From: a virus
Taxonomy: Duplodnaviria; Caudoviricetes
DNA: 25,816 bases
Strand: one strand, 5' to 3'
IMG/VR virus record: IMGVR_UViG_3300020161_001919
Span: 1 to 25,816 of that record
This document shows, in pieces, positions 1-9,095 of this stretch. The notes beneath the pieces were generated by a model, which ran no database searches, was not told the DNA's origin, and saw nothing but the letters and a program-made list of their open reading frames with translations. Positions within the stretch are counted from its first letter, which is position 1. Every line of letters starts with the position of its first letter. The position numbers and the translations under genes are program-made.

Positions 1-1
1 A

Positions 2-1048
2 AACAATAGATTAGAGTTAATTGATGAATATAAACCATCCAAAAGAACTGTTGGTGGGGATGTTAAGAAATTAGACTGGAATGAATGTAATTTACCATAT
101 GACGAAGAATTTAGTAAGATTTTATTTTCATCATTATCCACAATTAATTATAGTGAGTATCCAAACATTAATAATGAAAATTTAATCAATAAATTAAGTC
201 TTTATTGTGGTGTTGAATCAAAGAATATACAAACTTTTAATGGTTCGGATTCCGCACTACATTACATTTTTGCCGCATTTTTAAATATTGATACCAACGT
301 ACTAATTTATTATCCTAACTATAGTCAAATTGAATCCTACATAAATCTTTACTCAGATAATGTAAATTATTCTACAATCTATAGTCCGTTTGGTTTACAT
401 GAATATAATTTTTATGATATAATCCATAATGATGTAATTTATATTAGTAACCCAAATAACCCAACTGGTCATTGTTTAGATGCCAGAGTAATTGAACGTT
501 TATTAACTATTCACCCTCAAAAACTATTCATAGTTGACGAAGCTTACTATGAATTTTCAAAAAAATCATGTTCAAAATTAGTCAATACCTACGGCAATTT
601 GATTGTAACTCGAACTTTTTCCAAAGCGTTTTCTTTAGCATCAATTAGACTTGGTTACATATGTGCAAATGAGGAATTGATTAACCCAATAAATAAAATT
701 AGAAACAGTAAAGAAGTTAACTCTTTTGCCCAAAAATTAGGTGAAGTTGCATTAGATAACATCAATTACATTGAGGATAGGGTTGACACCATTATAAAGA
801 ATAGAAATAAATTTGAAAAAATTTTAGAGGATAGTAATATTGAATTTATTAAATCGGACGCAAACTTTATTTTGATTAGAGTTGACGATAGTAAAAGAAT
901 TATAGAAGAATTATCTGATAAAAATATTTTGGTCAGAGATAGAAGTATGTTTTCAGGTTTACACAATACCATTAGGATTACTATTGGTGAATGGGAGGAT
1001 ATGGAAACAATAATAAAAACAATTTTAAATAAAAATGAATACAAATAA
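2..1048 (+). CDS. hisC: PLP-dependent class I/II aminotransferase, histidinol-phosphate aminotransferase (HisC/CobD)-like; 5' end lies outside the window
   Basis: The frame of ORF 599..1048 is open from base 2. It reads NNRLELIDEYKP...KLDWNE...YP...NGSDSAL...ISNPNNPTG...VDEAYYEF...RTFSKAFSLASIRLGY (PLP lysine)...SDANFIL...IRITIG. The ORF track reports only the C-terminal part. Confidence 0.9.
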   Translation, partial: NNRLELIDEYKPSKRTVGGDVKKLDWNECNLPYDEEFSKILFSSLSTINYSEYPNINNENLINKLSLYCGVESKNIQTFNGSDSALHYIFAAFLNIDTNVLIYYPNYSQIESYINLYSDNVNYSTIYSPFGLHEYNFYDIIHNDVIYISNPNNPTGHCLDARVIERLLTIHPQKLFIVDEAYYEFSKKSCSKLVNTYGNLIVTRTFSKAFSLASIRLGYICANEELINPINKIRNSKEVNSFAQKLGEVALDNINYIEDRVDTIIKNRNKFEKILEDSNIEFIKSDANFILIRVDDSKRIIEELSDKNILVRDRSMFSGLHNTIRITIGEWEDMETIIKTILNKNEYK

Positions 1049-2261
1049 AATATCATTGATTGGTTTAGGTAAACTTGGACTACCATTATTAGCAACATTT
1101 GGAAAACACGGTCAAAAAATAATTGGTATCGATGTCGACGTTAACAAAATAAATATCCTTAAAAATGATGAACTACCTTTTCACGAGACAAACCTAAAAG
1201 AGTATCTAATAGGTGGTCGTAAAAATATTGAATACTCAGATAACTTTGAGAATATTGTAAACAACACGGACATTGCCATTATATTGGTTAATACCCCATC
1301 AAATGAAAAGGGTGAATTTTCTAACAAATACATCTACGATGCGGTTAAAAATATATGTGAAAAACTAAAGAACTCAAACAACGAAGATTTCTTATTTATT
1401 ATAAGTTCAACCGTTATGCCAGGCAGCCACGATGAAATTGTTAAGATGATTGAATCTAATACAGGTAGGAAACTTAATCAAGGATTTGGTGTAGTTTATA
1501 TCCCCGATTTAGTTGCGTTAGGTTGTGTAATTAAGGATTTTGAAAATCCAGACGTAATCATCATGGGTGAAAGTGATTCTAAGTACGGAGATGTTGCCGA
1601 AAAAATCTATTCTAAAATATTAAAAAACAATCCACCAATTGTCAGAATGTCTTTGGTTGAATCGGAGATAACTAAGGTTAGTTTAAATGCTTACATTACA
1701 ATGAAAATTAGTTTTGCTAACTTTATTGGTAATGTTTCTGAAAAATTCAACGCAAATCCACACATCATAACTAAAGCATTAGGGTGCGATAAAAGAATTT
1801 CACCGTATTATATTAAAAGTGGACTATCTTTTGGTGGAACCTGTTTTCCAAGAGATACTTGGGCGTTTATTAAAATGTCAGAAAATGTTGGATTAGATGC
1901 CGCGCATATAAAATCCACTCAAAAAATCAACGAAAATCAAAATATATTACTTTATAATAAGGTTAAAAAATACACAAATAAAAAGATTGGTATCTATGGT
2001 TTATCATTTAAACCAAACACATATGTAACGACAGAATCACCCGGTAATATTCTTTATGAAAGGTTACTAAGTGAAGGTTATGATGTGGTATTTTATGATA
2101 AATTAATCATATCTGAATACACAAATAAATTTGATTTATTCATTAATAATTCCGATATAATTGTAATCACCCATAATACAAATGATTTTAATGGTGTTGA
2201 TTTAAAAAATAAAATTTTAATAAATCCATGGGGGGTAAAATTATGTACAGATATGATATAA
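1035..2261 (+). CDS. ugd: UDP-glucose/GDP-mannose 6-dehydrogenase family nucleotide-sugar dehydrogenase
   Basis: Rossmann GLGKLG, VNTP, SSTVMPG, KISFAN, catalytic GGTCFPRD and GLSFKPNT motifs. Confidence 0.9.
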   Translation: MNTNKISLIGLGKLGLPLLATFGKHGQKIIGIDVDVNKINILKNDELPFHETNLKEYLIGGRKNIEYSDNFENIVNNTDIAIILVNTPSNEKGEFSNKYIYDAVKNICEKLKNSNNEDFLFIISSTVMPGSHDEIVKMIESNTGRKLNQGFGVVYIPDLVALGCVIKDFENPDVIIMGESDSKYGDVAEKIYSKILKNNPPIVRMSLVESEITKVSLNAYITMKISFANFIGNVSEKFNANPHIITKALGCDKRISPYYIKSGLSFGGTCFPRDTWAFIKMSENVGLDAAHIKSTQKINENQNILLYNKVKKYTNKKIGIYGLSFKPNTYVTTESPGNILYERLLSEGYDVVFYDKLIISEYTNKFDLFINNSDIIVITHNTNDFNGVDLKNKILINPWGVKLCTDMI

Positions 2262-2848
2262 TAAACCATTTTATAACCAAACTAAATTTAAAAACATATT
2301 TAGAAATTGGCGTATTTGATGGGGAGTGCATACAAAAAATAAATTGTCCAATCAAAGATGGGGTAGACCCATGTATTGAAAGAGGGTTGTCAATTGGTGT
2401 TAATTACAAAATGACATCTGATGATTTTTTCAATAGTAATCGGGATAAATTTTATGATATTATTTTTATTGATGGGTTACATCATTCTGAACAAGTAGAT
2501 ATTGATATTGAAAATTCTTTAAAACAAACTAACGAAAACGGTATAGTAATTATTCATGATTGTAATCCACCAACTTTGAATCACACTTTAATACCAAGAG
2601 TCCAACCTCAATGGAATGGGGATGTTTACAAATCAATATTAAAATTTAGAAAAAATAACATAAACCACAAATATTTTACGGTAGATTGTGATTGGGGGGT
2701 CGGTGTAATTATGAAAAATTCTAATTTAGGTAATAAAGTAAAAAATATAGACTTTGAAATGGGTATCGTAAGTTGGGATTATTTTGATTTTAATAGAAAT
2801 GATTTACTTAATTTAATAACCGTAGAAGAATTTAAAACACTATACTAA
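2243..2848 (+). CDS. Class I SAM-dependent methyltransferase (Methyltransf_24-like)
   Basis: YLEIGV, GVDP, TSDDFF, DIIFIDGLH, IIHDCNP, WNGDV and DWGVG motifs. The start is probably the ATG at 2243 (MYRYDII) rather than 2228. Confidence 0.85.
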   Translation: MYRYDIINHFITKLNLKTYLEIGVFDGECIQKINCPIKDGVDPCIERGLSIGVNYKMTSDDFFNSNRDKFYDIIFIDGLHHSEQVDIDIENSLKQTNENGIVIIHDCNPPTLNHTLIPRVQPQWNGDVYKSILKFRKNNINHKYFTVDCDWGVGVIMKNSNLGNKVKNIDFEMGIVSWDYFDFNRNDLLNLITVEEFKTLY

Positions 2849-3714
2849 TGGATAGACCGATATTAAAAACAACATGGAATGCCGGATTTTTTAGTTGCTG
2901 TACTGACATATTAAGACAATTAACAAAATACCATCATGAAAATAAAATATTACCATTTTTAGATTCTTCGGAACAATGGGAGTTATATAAAGATAATGGA
3001 ATTGATGACGTTAGTATTTTTTGGTTCGGTTTAGTAAAATCTAAAACTGAGGGAGACATTACAAATGAATTTTTTAATAGAATTGAGGATTTTAATAATT
3101 TTGAAAATGAAAGTTTTTCAACCAATTGCCTTTATCCTAAAGTGTGTAATGAAGACCAATACATCCCATATAATTTAATAAATTATAATTACACAAATAA
3201 AATAATTGATACGTATTTTACCCCATCAGATAAAGTTATCAACTTGTATAATGATTTAATTGTTAAATACAATATTGATATAAATAAAACAATTTCAGTA
3301 TTGTATAGGGGTAATGATAAACGTTTAGAAACTAATCTACCTAGTTATGATGAAATGTTACAAAAAATTTTAGAATTAAAATCAGAATTTCCAGACCACA
3401 AAATTTTAATTCAGTCTGATGAAATTGATTTTTGTAACCATATGAAAAATAATTTACCCGAAGTAATAATAATTAATGAAACTAAAAAAATATCCAAATC
3501 TGACACTGCAATACAATATACATTAAGTAAAGGTGAAAGATTACAAACGGCACAAACCTTTCTATCCGTTATGATGATAATTTCAAAAAGTTCTAAAATA
3601 ATTTTGAATAGTGGTAACGTTGGTTTATGGGTTTGTCTGTTTCGAAAAAAATTTGATGGTGTGCATCAATTTTTAAGTAAAATAAATAGTAACAATAAAA
3701 TTTGGATAAAATAA
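2848..3714 (+). CDS. Putative GT-B glycosyltransferase, NodZ/alpha-1,6-fucosyltransferase or O-fucosyltransferase-like
   Basis: N-terminal AGFFS, a SVLYRGNDK motif resembling the (V/I)HxRxxDK GDP-sugar motif, IQSDE, and C-terminal SGNVGLW. It overlaps the upstream stop (TAATG). Confidence 0.6.
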   Translation: MDRPILKTTWNAGFFSCCTDILRQLTKYHHENKILPFLDSSEQWELYKDNGIDDVSIFWFGLVKSKTEGDITNEFFNRIEDFNNFENESFSTNCLYPKVCNEDQYIPYNLINYNYTNKIIDTYFTPSDKVINLYNDLIVKYNIDINKTISVLYRGNDKRLETNLPSYDEMLQKILELKSEFPDHKILIQSDEIDFCNHMKNNLPEVIIINETKKISKSDTAIQYTLSKGERLQTAQTFLSVMMIISKSSKIILNSGNVGLWVCLFRKKFDGVHQFLSKINSNNKIWIK

Positions 3715-3724
3715 AAAAAATCGT

Positions 3725-4162
3725 ATGATTCTAATATCACATAGAGGAAATATTGACGGTAGAATTCCGGAAAAAGAAAATCACCCAAATTACATCGATG
3801 CGACGTTAGGTTCTGGTTATGATGTTGAGGTGGATGTTTGGTATGTTGATGGTAAAATGCTGTTGGGTCATGATAATCCACAATACGAAGTTAATCTTAG
3901 ATGGTTTACAGACAGGATTAATAAACTTTGGATACATTGTAAGAATATGGAGTCTTTGGTTTATTTCAGAGATTGTGAATATGATATTAATTATTTTTGG
4001 CATCAAACAGATGATGTTATAATAACATCTAAAGGTTTTTTATGGGCTCACCCCGGTAAACAACCAATAAATAATAGTATTGCAGTTCTACCTGAACTAT
4101 TTGATGATGATATTAAAGAATGTATCGGTGTTTGTAGTGATTTTATTATCAAATACGGTTGA
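3725..4162 (+). CDS. Small glycerophosphodiester phosphodiesterase/PLC-like TIM-barrel protein
   Basis: ISHRGN, EN, DVEVDVW, LGHD, LWIHCKN and GVCSD motifs, typical of short GDPD-like proteins in glycan loci. Confidence 0.75.
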   Translation: MILISHRGNIDGRIPEKENHPNYIDATLGSGYDVEVDVWYVDGKMLLGHDNPQYEVNLRWFTDRINKLWIHCKNMESLVYFRDCEYDINYFWHQTDDVIITSKGFLWAHPGKQPINNSIAVLPELFDDDIKECIGVCSDFIIKYG

Positions 4163-4189
4163 TACTCTAAAAAAATAAAATTATATTTA
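4159..4189 (+). promoter_or_regulatory. Putative promoter TTGATA-N17-TATATT(TA)
   Basis: TTGATA at 4159-4164 and TATATTTA at 4182-4189, just upstream of the ATG at 4206. The same geometry recurs at several other gene starts. Confidence 0.55.
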
Positions 4190-4205
4190 GTAAAATATAC
4201 ACAAC

Positions 4206-5282
4206 ATGAAAAAAATTTTAATATTAGGTGGTGGTGGATTCATTGGTGGTCACTTAGCGAAGAGATTAAAAGAAGAAGGTAACTACGTAAGAGTGGTTGA
4301 CATAAAAAATCACGAATATTTTTCACCAAAAGAAATGTGTGATGAATTTTTACAATATGATTTACGTGACACAAGAAATGTGGAATCTGTTTTTAGATTA
4401 GAATCACATAATGACAAAATACTACCATTCACATATAATAGACATCCATTCTCAGATATGATTCCATTTGATGAGGTTTATCAATTAGCTGCCGATATGG
4501 GTGGAGCTGGATATATCTTCACAGGTGAACATGACGCAGATGTTATGCATAATTCGGCAATGATTAATTTAAATGTTGCAAAAGAATGTGTTAATAGTGG
4601 TGTTAAAAAAGTTTTCTATTCATCCTCGGCATGTATGTATCCAGAACACAATCAATTAGACCCTAATAACCCAAATTGTGAGGAAAGTTCGGCGTACCCT
4701 GCAAATCCAGATTCAGAATATGGGTGGGAAAAATTGTTTAGTGAAAGATTATATCTATCATTTAATCGTAACTACAATTTGGATGTTAGAATTGGTCGTT
4801 TCCATAATATATTCGGTCCTCAGGGTACATGGAAAGGTGGTAAAGAAAAATCACCAGCAGCTATGTGTCGTAAAGCTTCAGAATTACAAAGTGGAGATGT
4901 ATTAGAAGTTTGGGGTGATGGTAATCAAACACGTTCATTCTTATACGTTGATGACTGTATTGAATCGGTTCTTCGTTTTATGGAACAAGATAAATTTTTA
5001 GGGCCTGTAAACATTGGTTCAGAAGAAATGGTCACCATTAATGAATTAGCCAAATTAGCAATAATAACATCAGGTAAATACATTTCTATAAAAAACATTT
5101 ATGGTGAGGAATTTGAATCTAAATATGGACACAAATGTCCAACCGGTGTTAGAGGTAGAAATTCAGATAACAAGTTATATAGAGAAAAAATGGGATGGGA
5201 ATCCAAACGACCGTTAAGTGACGGTATCCAAAAAACTTATAGTTGGATTAATGAAATGGTTAAAAAAGAAAAGAGGGATTAA
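4206..5282 (+). CDS. NAD-dependent epimerase/dehydratase, GDP-mannose 3,5-epimerase-like SDR
   Basis: GGGGFIG, LAADMGGAGY, YSSSACMYPE, YGWEK (YxxxK), RFHNIFGP, WGDGNQTRSF and GVRGRNSDN motifs. Confidence 0.9.
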   Translation: MKKILILGGGGFIGGHLAKRLKEEGNYVRVVDIKNHEYFSPKEMCDEFLQYDLRDTRNVESVFRLESHNDKILPFTYNRHPFSDMIPFDEVYQLAADMGGAGYIFTGEHDADVMHNSAMINLNVAKECVNSGVKKVFYSSSACMYPEHNQLDPNNPNCEESSAYPANPDSEYGWEKLFSERLYLSFNRNYNLDVRIGRFHNIFGPQGTWKGGKEKSPAAMCRKASELQSGDVLEVWGDGNQTRSFLYVDDCIESVLRFMEQDKFLGPVNIGSEEMVTINELAKLAIITSGKYISIKNIYGEEFESKYGHKCPTGVRGRNSDNKLYREKMGWESKRPLSDGIQKTYSWINEMVKKEKRD

Positions 5283-5294
5283 CCCTCTTTTTTT
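5269..5294. terminator. Bidirectional intrinsic terminator at a convergent gene junction
   Basis: AAAAGAGGG-ATTAA-CCCTCTTTT inverted repeat with a T-tract on the + side and an A-rich tract on the other side. The stop codons of both convergent genes lie in the loop. Confidence 0.7.
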
Positions 5295-5569
5295 ATTTCA
5301 ATGTATCTTTTGATTATCTCAATTGCTTGGTCATCATTTTTAAAATCCTTTTCAGGACAAAATATAGGACCAGTATCTGACCCTTCTTTTTTAATAAAAA
5401 ATGTTGGTAGATATTCATTTTTACTTTGTGTGACAACTTGATTCCACAAATTTTTATTAGCGTTAACTTCAATTTCTGTAAACGGTATAGATTCGTTTAT
5501 TAATCTTTCTTTTAACGTTTTACAATGTCCACATGTATCTAAAGTGAACACTAATAATTTATTCGCCAT
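5279..5569 (-). CDS. Glutaredoxin/thioredoxin-fold protein
   Basis: CGHC active site near the N-terminus, cis-Pro motif YLPT, 96 aa. Confidence 0.8.
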   Translation of the reverse strand: MANKLLVFTLDTCGHCKTLKERLINESIPFTEIEVNANKNLWNQVVTQSKNEYLPTFFIKKEGSDTGPIFCPEKDFKNDDQAIEIIKRYIEIKKEG

Positions 5570-5879
5570 ATTCTTGAACTTTTTTTAATATATCTTTATA
5601 GTGTGAGTCTGGTTTTACACCAATAGAGCTGTCTACTGTCTCTTTACCATTGTAAATCATAATTGTTGGGACTGAGCGTATACCCAATTCCATTACATAA
5701 TCTCTACTTTTATCAATGTCAACCTTTACAAATTTTACACCTGGAAATTGAGATTCGAATGACTCAAGTTTGGGTATTATCATTTTGCAGGGTCCGCACC
5801 ATTCCGCGAAGAAATCAATAAGTAATTTATCTCCGTTTGATTTCATTTGTTCTAATTGTTGTGATGTTACTAGTTCCAT
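5559..5879 (-). CDS. trxA: Thioredoxin
   Basis: DFFAEWCGPCK, KVDID and IRSVPT motifs, 106 aa. Confidence 0.95.
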   Translation of the reverse strand: MELVTSQQLEQMKSNGDKLLIDFFAEWCGPCKMIIPKLESFESQFPGVKFVKVDIDKSRDYVMELGIRSVPTIMIYNGKETVDSSIGVKPDSHYKDILKKVQEYGE

Positions 5880-5895
5880 TTTTATATTTGTTTTT

Positions 5896-6975
5896 TTATT
5901 TAAATCCTATTTTTAATTTATCGTCTACTTTGAAAAGTTCTTCGTCTATATTGTAAATATCAGCCAATGTCATCGATTCGGTAACCACACCTTCTTTTCC
6001 TATGTGTTTTAACAATATATTGGTCTCATCGATTGATAATTTACTAAATTTATGTTCGGCAATTAATCTACCTTTACGAAGTAATGCTTGGTCAATTTTT
6101 TCTCTCTTCATGTTAAAGGTTGCAATTACTTGAATGTTCAAACAATCACCCAATATACCGTCAGTTAGATTTAAGATGTTTGACACACCCATAGATGAAC
6201 CATTACCTTCTCTATCCGCAATAACTCTTTCAGCGTCTTCCACAATTAACACCGAATTTTTATGTTCCATTAAAAATGGAATGATTGATGGTTCAGATAA
6301 TGATTCCGCCATTGAAGGTGGTATGAATAAAATTTCCTTATCCGTAATCAATCTTGTTAAATATTTTATATAGGATGTTTTACCTGTTCCTGGGTCACCA
6401 TGAAAAAGGATAATTCCTTTGTCATTAGGTTTGTTTAGTCTCTTTAGGATAACTTCATGTACCTTTAAGAATTCAGTCCCGTAATTCAACTCTAAATCGA
6501 TATCAGGGACATTCATTTCATACTCTTCTGTATCCATGTGTCCCATTTCAACTTTTACTAAATTAATACCTGATTTTTTTAGTTTAACTTCATATTCAGA
6601 CAATTCATCCATATTGAAGAAGGTATTAAACTCACCTCTAGTGATGTCATAATAAAAAGTTATTTCAAATAATGGTTCTTTCTTATCGTTAAATGTTTTT
6701 AACATTACCATGGTGCGGGTATCTTTATTTACCAACATGGTAGATGAACTTTCAACGTCATACTTTCTCCCAAAAGCCGAAATTTGACATTCTTTCTTAT
6801 ATCCCTTTCCTAAAATATAATCCAATACTTTTTGACTATACTTTTTGGTTGCGTTATGGTACGTCGATGGTAACCCATCAAAATAATGTACAAATAACTG
6901 GTCTACTGGTGTGTCCGAACCATATGATGTTTCGTAAATTAAATAATCTGATGGTAATTTTTTGTTTATTTTCAT
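5896..6975 (-). CDS. AAA+ ATPase (BCS1-like core) with an unknown N-terminal domain
   Basis: Walker A GDPGTGKT, Walker B LIVED, SNILNLTDG, sensor TFN and arginine finger DQALLRKGR. Confidence 0.88.
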   Translation of the reverse strand: MKINKKLPSDYLIYETSYGSDTPVDQLFVHYFDGLPSTYHNATKKYSQKVLDYILGKGYKKECQISAFGRKYDVESSSTMLVNKDTRTMVMLKTFNDKKEPLFEITFYYDITRGEFNTFFNMDELSEYEVKLKKSGINLVKVEMGHMDTEEYEMNVPDIDLELNYGTEFLKVHEVILKRLNKPNDKGIILFHGDPGTGKTSYIKYLTRLITDKEILFIPPSMAESLSEPSIIPFLMEHKNSVLIVEDAERVIADREGNGSSMGVSNILNLTDGILGDCLNIQVIATFNMKREKIDQALLRKGRLIAEHKFSKLSIDETNILLKHIGKEGVVTESMTLADIYNIDEELFKVDDKLKIGFK

Positions 6976-6982
6976 TATTTTT

Positions 6983-7279
6983 TTATTTTAAATAAAATTT
7001 TATATCGTTTGGTATGTAATCGTAAATTGAATCTTCTGTTTTTATTTCTTCGTCAACTTGTTTGAATATCTGTAAAGATATTCTCAATACTTCAAATTGT
7101 TCTTTAGAAAGTTGTGGTTCTCCATTTTTTTCTAAATTAATTTGAGCAATTTGACCAAGATTATCATAAAACAATTCTTCATCCACGTTTGTTAAAAAAT
7201 ATTCTTTAGTTCCTTTATTATTTTCTAAGAATTTTTTTACCGTTTGTATGTATATTAGTATATCCGGTGATAATTCCAT
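6983..7279 (-). CDS. Hypothetical protein (98 aa)
   Basis: ORF tightly packed between the methylase and AAA ATPase genes on the same strand. Confidence 0.75.
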   Translation of the reverse strand: MELSPDILIYIQTVKKFLENNKGTKEYFLTNVDEELFYDNLGQIAQINLEKNGEPQLSKEQFEVLRISLQIFKQVDEEIKTEDSIYDYIPNDIKFYLK

Positions 7280-7280
7280 A

Positions 7281-8165
7281 TTAATAATTCATTATTAGTA
7301 ATTCAATTCCTTCGTTTTGTGTTCCATCTTTTTTTGCTGCCGCCGCCTTTTTAAAAGACTTCTGTTCCCACCTATATGATGGTTCACCAAACATTAATAT
7401 TTGGTTATTCTTACCTATCGGTACTCTCGGAAACCATTCTGATAATTGTGGAAACTCATAATATGATAAACTAAATTTACCTTTTATTTTTTTAAGTGTT
7501 TTCGCCAATCTTATATGTGTTTCTCTACTGAATATATGGTTAGAATAATAATTCTCAGTCATATAATACGGTGGGTCCATATAAAAATATGTTGTTGGAG
7601 AATCGTATTTTTCAACAACATCTTGAAAATCCATGTTCTCAACAAAGGTAATTTTATCTAAATGTGCTCTATACTCTGGATGTTTTAATTTATCCATAAA
7701 AATTAGAACTTTACAACGATACTTACCTTTATAGTCTGTGTAGTTTGAAGTTTCAGGTTTAGAACCGGAAAAAACTTGGGTTAACACATAAACATACTTA
7801 GCAGCGATGTCAAAGTTAGGTTCGTCACCAATTACCAAATCATCATTAAAGACTTCTTTTTGGTATTTTTTAAACATTTCATTATATTCAGGTGGGGTGT
7901 TCTCAACACCCACTTGTTGACATGGGTATTTTGCCAATTCTTCCCACATTCTGTCATATTGTAACGAACATTTGAATAGATTAGCGTTAAGTCGATTATA
8001 GTCGTTATAAACAACCGTTTTTAAATTAGGGTAATCCTTTAAGTCCATGTTAAAAAACACCCAAAACATACCTGAAAACCCCTCTACGTAAGTCTCAATG
8101 TCTTTAGGTATAAATGGTTCTATCCAATTACCGATTCTTGCTTTTCCACCAATATATGATATCAT
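7281..8165 (-). CDS. dam: DNA adenine methyltransferase (Dam/D12 class)
   Basis: YIGGK, YVEGFSG (motif I variant), YND, catalytic MDPPY, SLSY and ELLIMNY motifs. Confidence 0.9.
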   Translation of the reverse strand: MISYIGGKARIGNWIEPFIPKDIETYVEGFSGMFWVFFNMDLKDYPNLKTVVYNDYNRLNANLFKCSLQYDRMWEELAKYPCQQVGVENTPPEYNEMFKKYQKEVFNDDLVIGDEPNFDIAAKYVYVLTQVFSGSKPETSNYTDYKGKYRCKVLIFMDKLKHPEYRAHLDKITFVENMDFQDVVEKYDSPTTYFYMDPPYYMTENYYSNHIFSRETHIRLAKTLKKIKGKFSLSYYEFPQLSEWFPRVPIGKNNQILMFGEPSYRWEQKSFKKAAAAKKDGTQNEGIELLIMNY

Positions 8166-8257
8166 TTGTCGTTATTAAAAGTGTGTTTAGTGTTATTTGT
8201 AAAAATATAAGTAAAAAAAACGGAAAAACGAAATATTGTCCAGAAATTTTTAATGGG

Positions 8258-8286
8258 TTGATAGTTATGTTATAATTGTGTATAAT
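8258..8286 (+). promoter_or_regulatory. Putative promoter TTGATA-N17-TATAAT
   Basis: TTGATA at 8258-8263 and TATAAT at 8281-8286. The ATG at 8296 implies a very short leader. Confidence 0.6.
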
Positions 8287-8295
8287 TTAATTACT

Positions 8296-8460
8296 ATGGC
8301 ATGTTCAAAATGTAAACAAAAATCAGAGATAGGTCAAATGACAAAAGAAGAAATCAATTCCATGGTTAAATCCATGGAAAAAGGAGTTACTTGGTTTGTT
8401 TTGGTTTGGAGTCTATTCGCGGTGTATGGAATATACTCTCTGGTTCTGAAATTTTTATGA
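8296..8460 (+). CDS. Small membrane protein with an N-terminal CxxC (MACSKCKQ)
   Basis: ATG at 8296, a hydrophobic C-terminal helix, and an ATGA overlap with the next gene. Confidence 0.65.
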   Translation: MACSKCKQKSEIGQMTKEEINSMVKSMEKGVTWFVLVWSLFAVYGIYSLVLKFL

Positions 8461-9095
8461 AAAATGGGAAATACTTTATAGTTCTTTTCTGTAATAAGAA
8501 ACGAGTTAAAATATTACATAGATGTCAAAAAAGAACGACCATCTACGAATACTGGCGCGAATTTAAAACACAACAAAAACCCAGATTTTTAAAGACACAA
8601 GGTAGTAAAAGAAATAATGAAGTATTGTATGAATTAGCGTTAGTCTTTCCAAATAATCGTTGGGCAACAAAAACGTTTGTTAAAGATAGTCTTGGTAGAT
8701 TGATTGAGGCTAAAATGGAGAATGATAAACTTCGTATTAAAGAAATTATACCCTATTGGAAAGAGGAACTTATCTATGATTTCCAAGAGAAAAAAAGAAT
8801 ACGTTATCATGAAATGATTGAAGAGATATTAAAGGTAACCGAAATTGGTCAGGTGTTCACTTTAAATAATAAATTGTTTATTCAAAATGACGATAATATT
8901 AAACTATACGGTAATAAAAACCTGAAGGATGCGGAAAGGTTATTTGAATTAGTTAGAGAGGATTTACTTAAAAAGAAACGAGGTAATTTTATATTTGTTA
9001 AGGATGTTACTACCGCTCAACGTAAACAACTATATTCCCTTTTAGAATCAAAAGGATTTAAGAGGACTGAACTTTTTCGACACTATTCTTATTAA
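8457..9095 (+). CDS. Hypothetical basic protein (212 aa)
   Basis: Long ORF. The likely start is the ATG at 8457 (MKNGKYF), coupled to the upstream stop. It is very K/R-rich. Confidence 0.8.
   Translation: MKNGKYFIVLFCNKKRVKILHRCQKRTTIYEYWREFKTQQKPRFLKTQGSKRNNEVLYELALVFPNNRWATKTFVKDSLGRLIEAKMENDKLRIKEIIPYWKEELIYDFQEKKRIRYHEMIEEILKVTEIGQVFTLNNKLFIQNDDNIKLYGNKNLKDAERLFELVREDLLKKKRGNFIFVKDVTTAQRKQLYSLLESKGFKRTELFRHYSY

Noticed and set aside
599-1048. 149-aa ORF as listed in the track
   Set aside because: It is only the C-terminal part of a CDS that is open from base 2.
7281-8165. Restriction-modification pair
   Set aside because: No adjacent gene has recognisable restriction endonuclease motifs, so it is treated as an orphan methylase.
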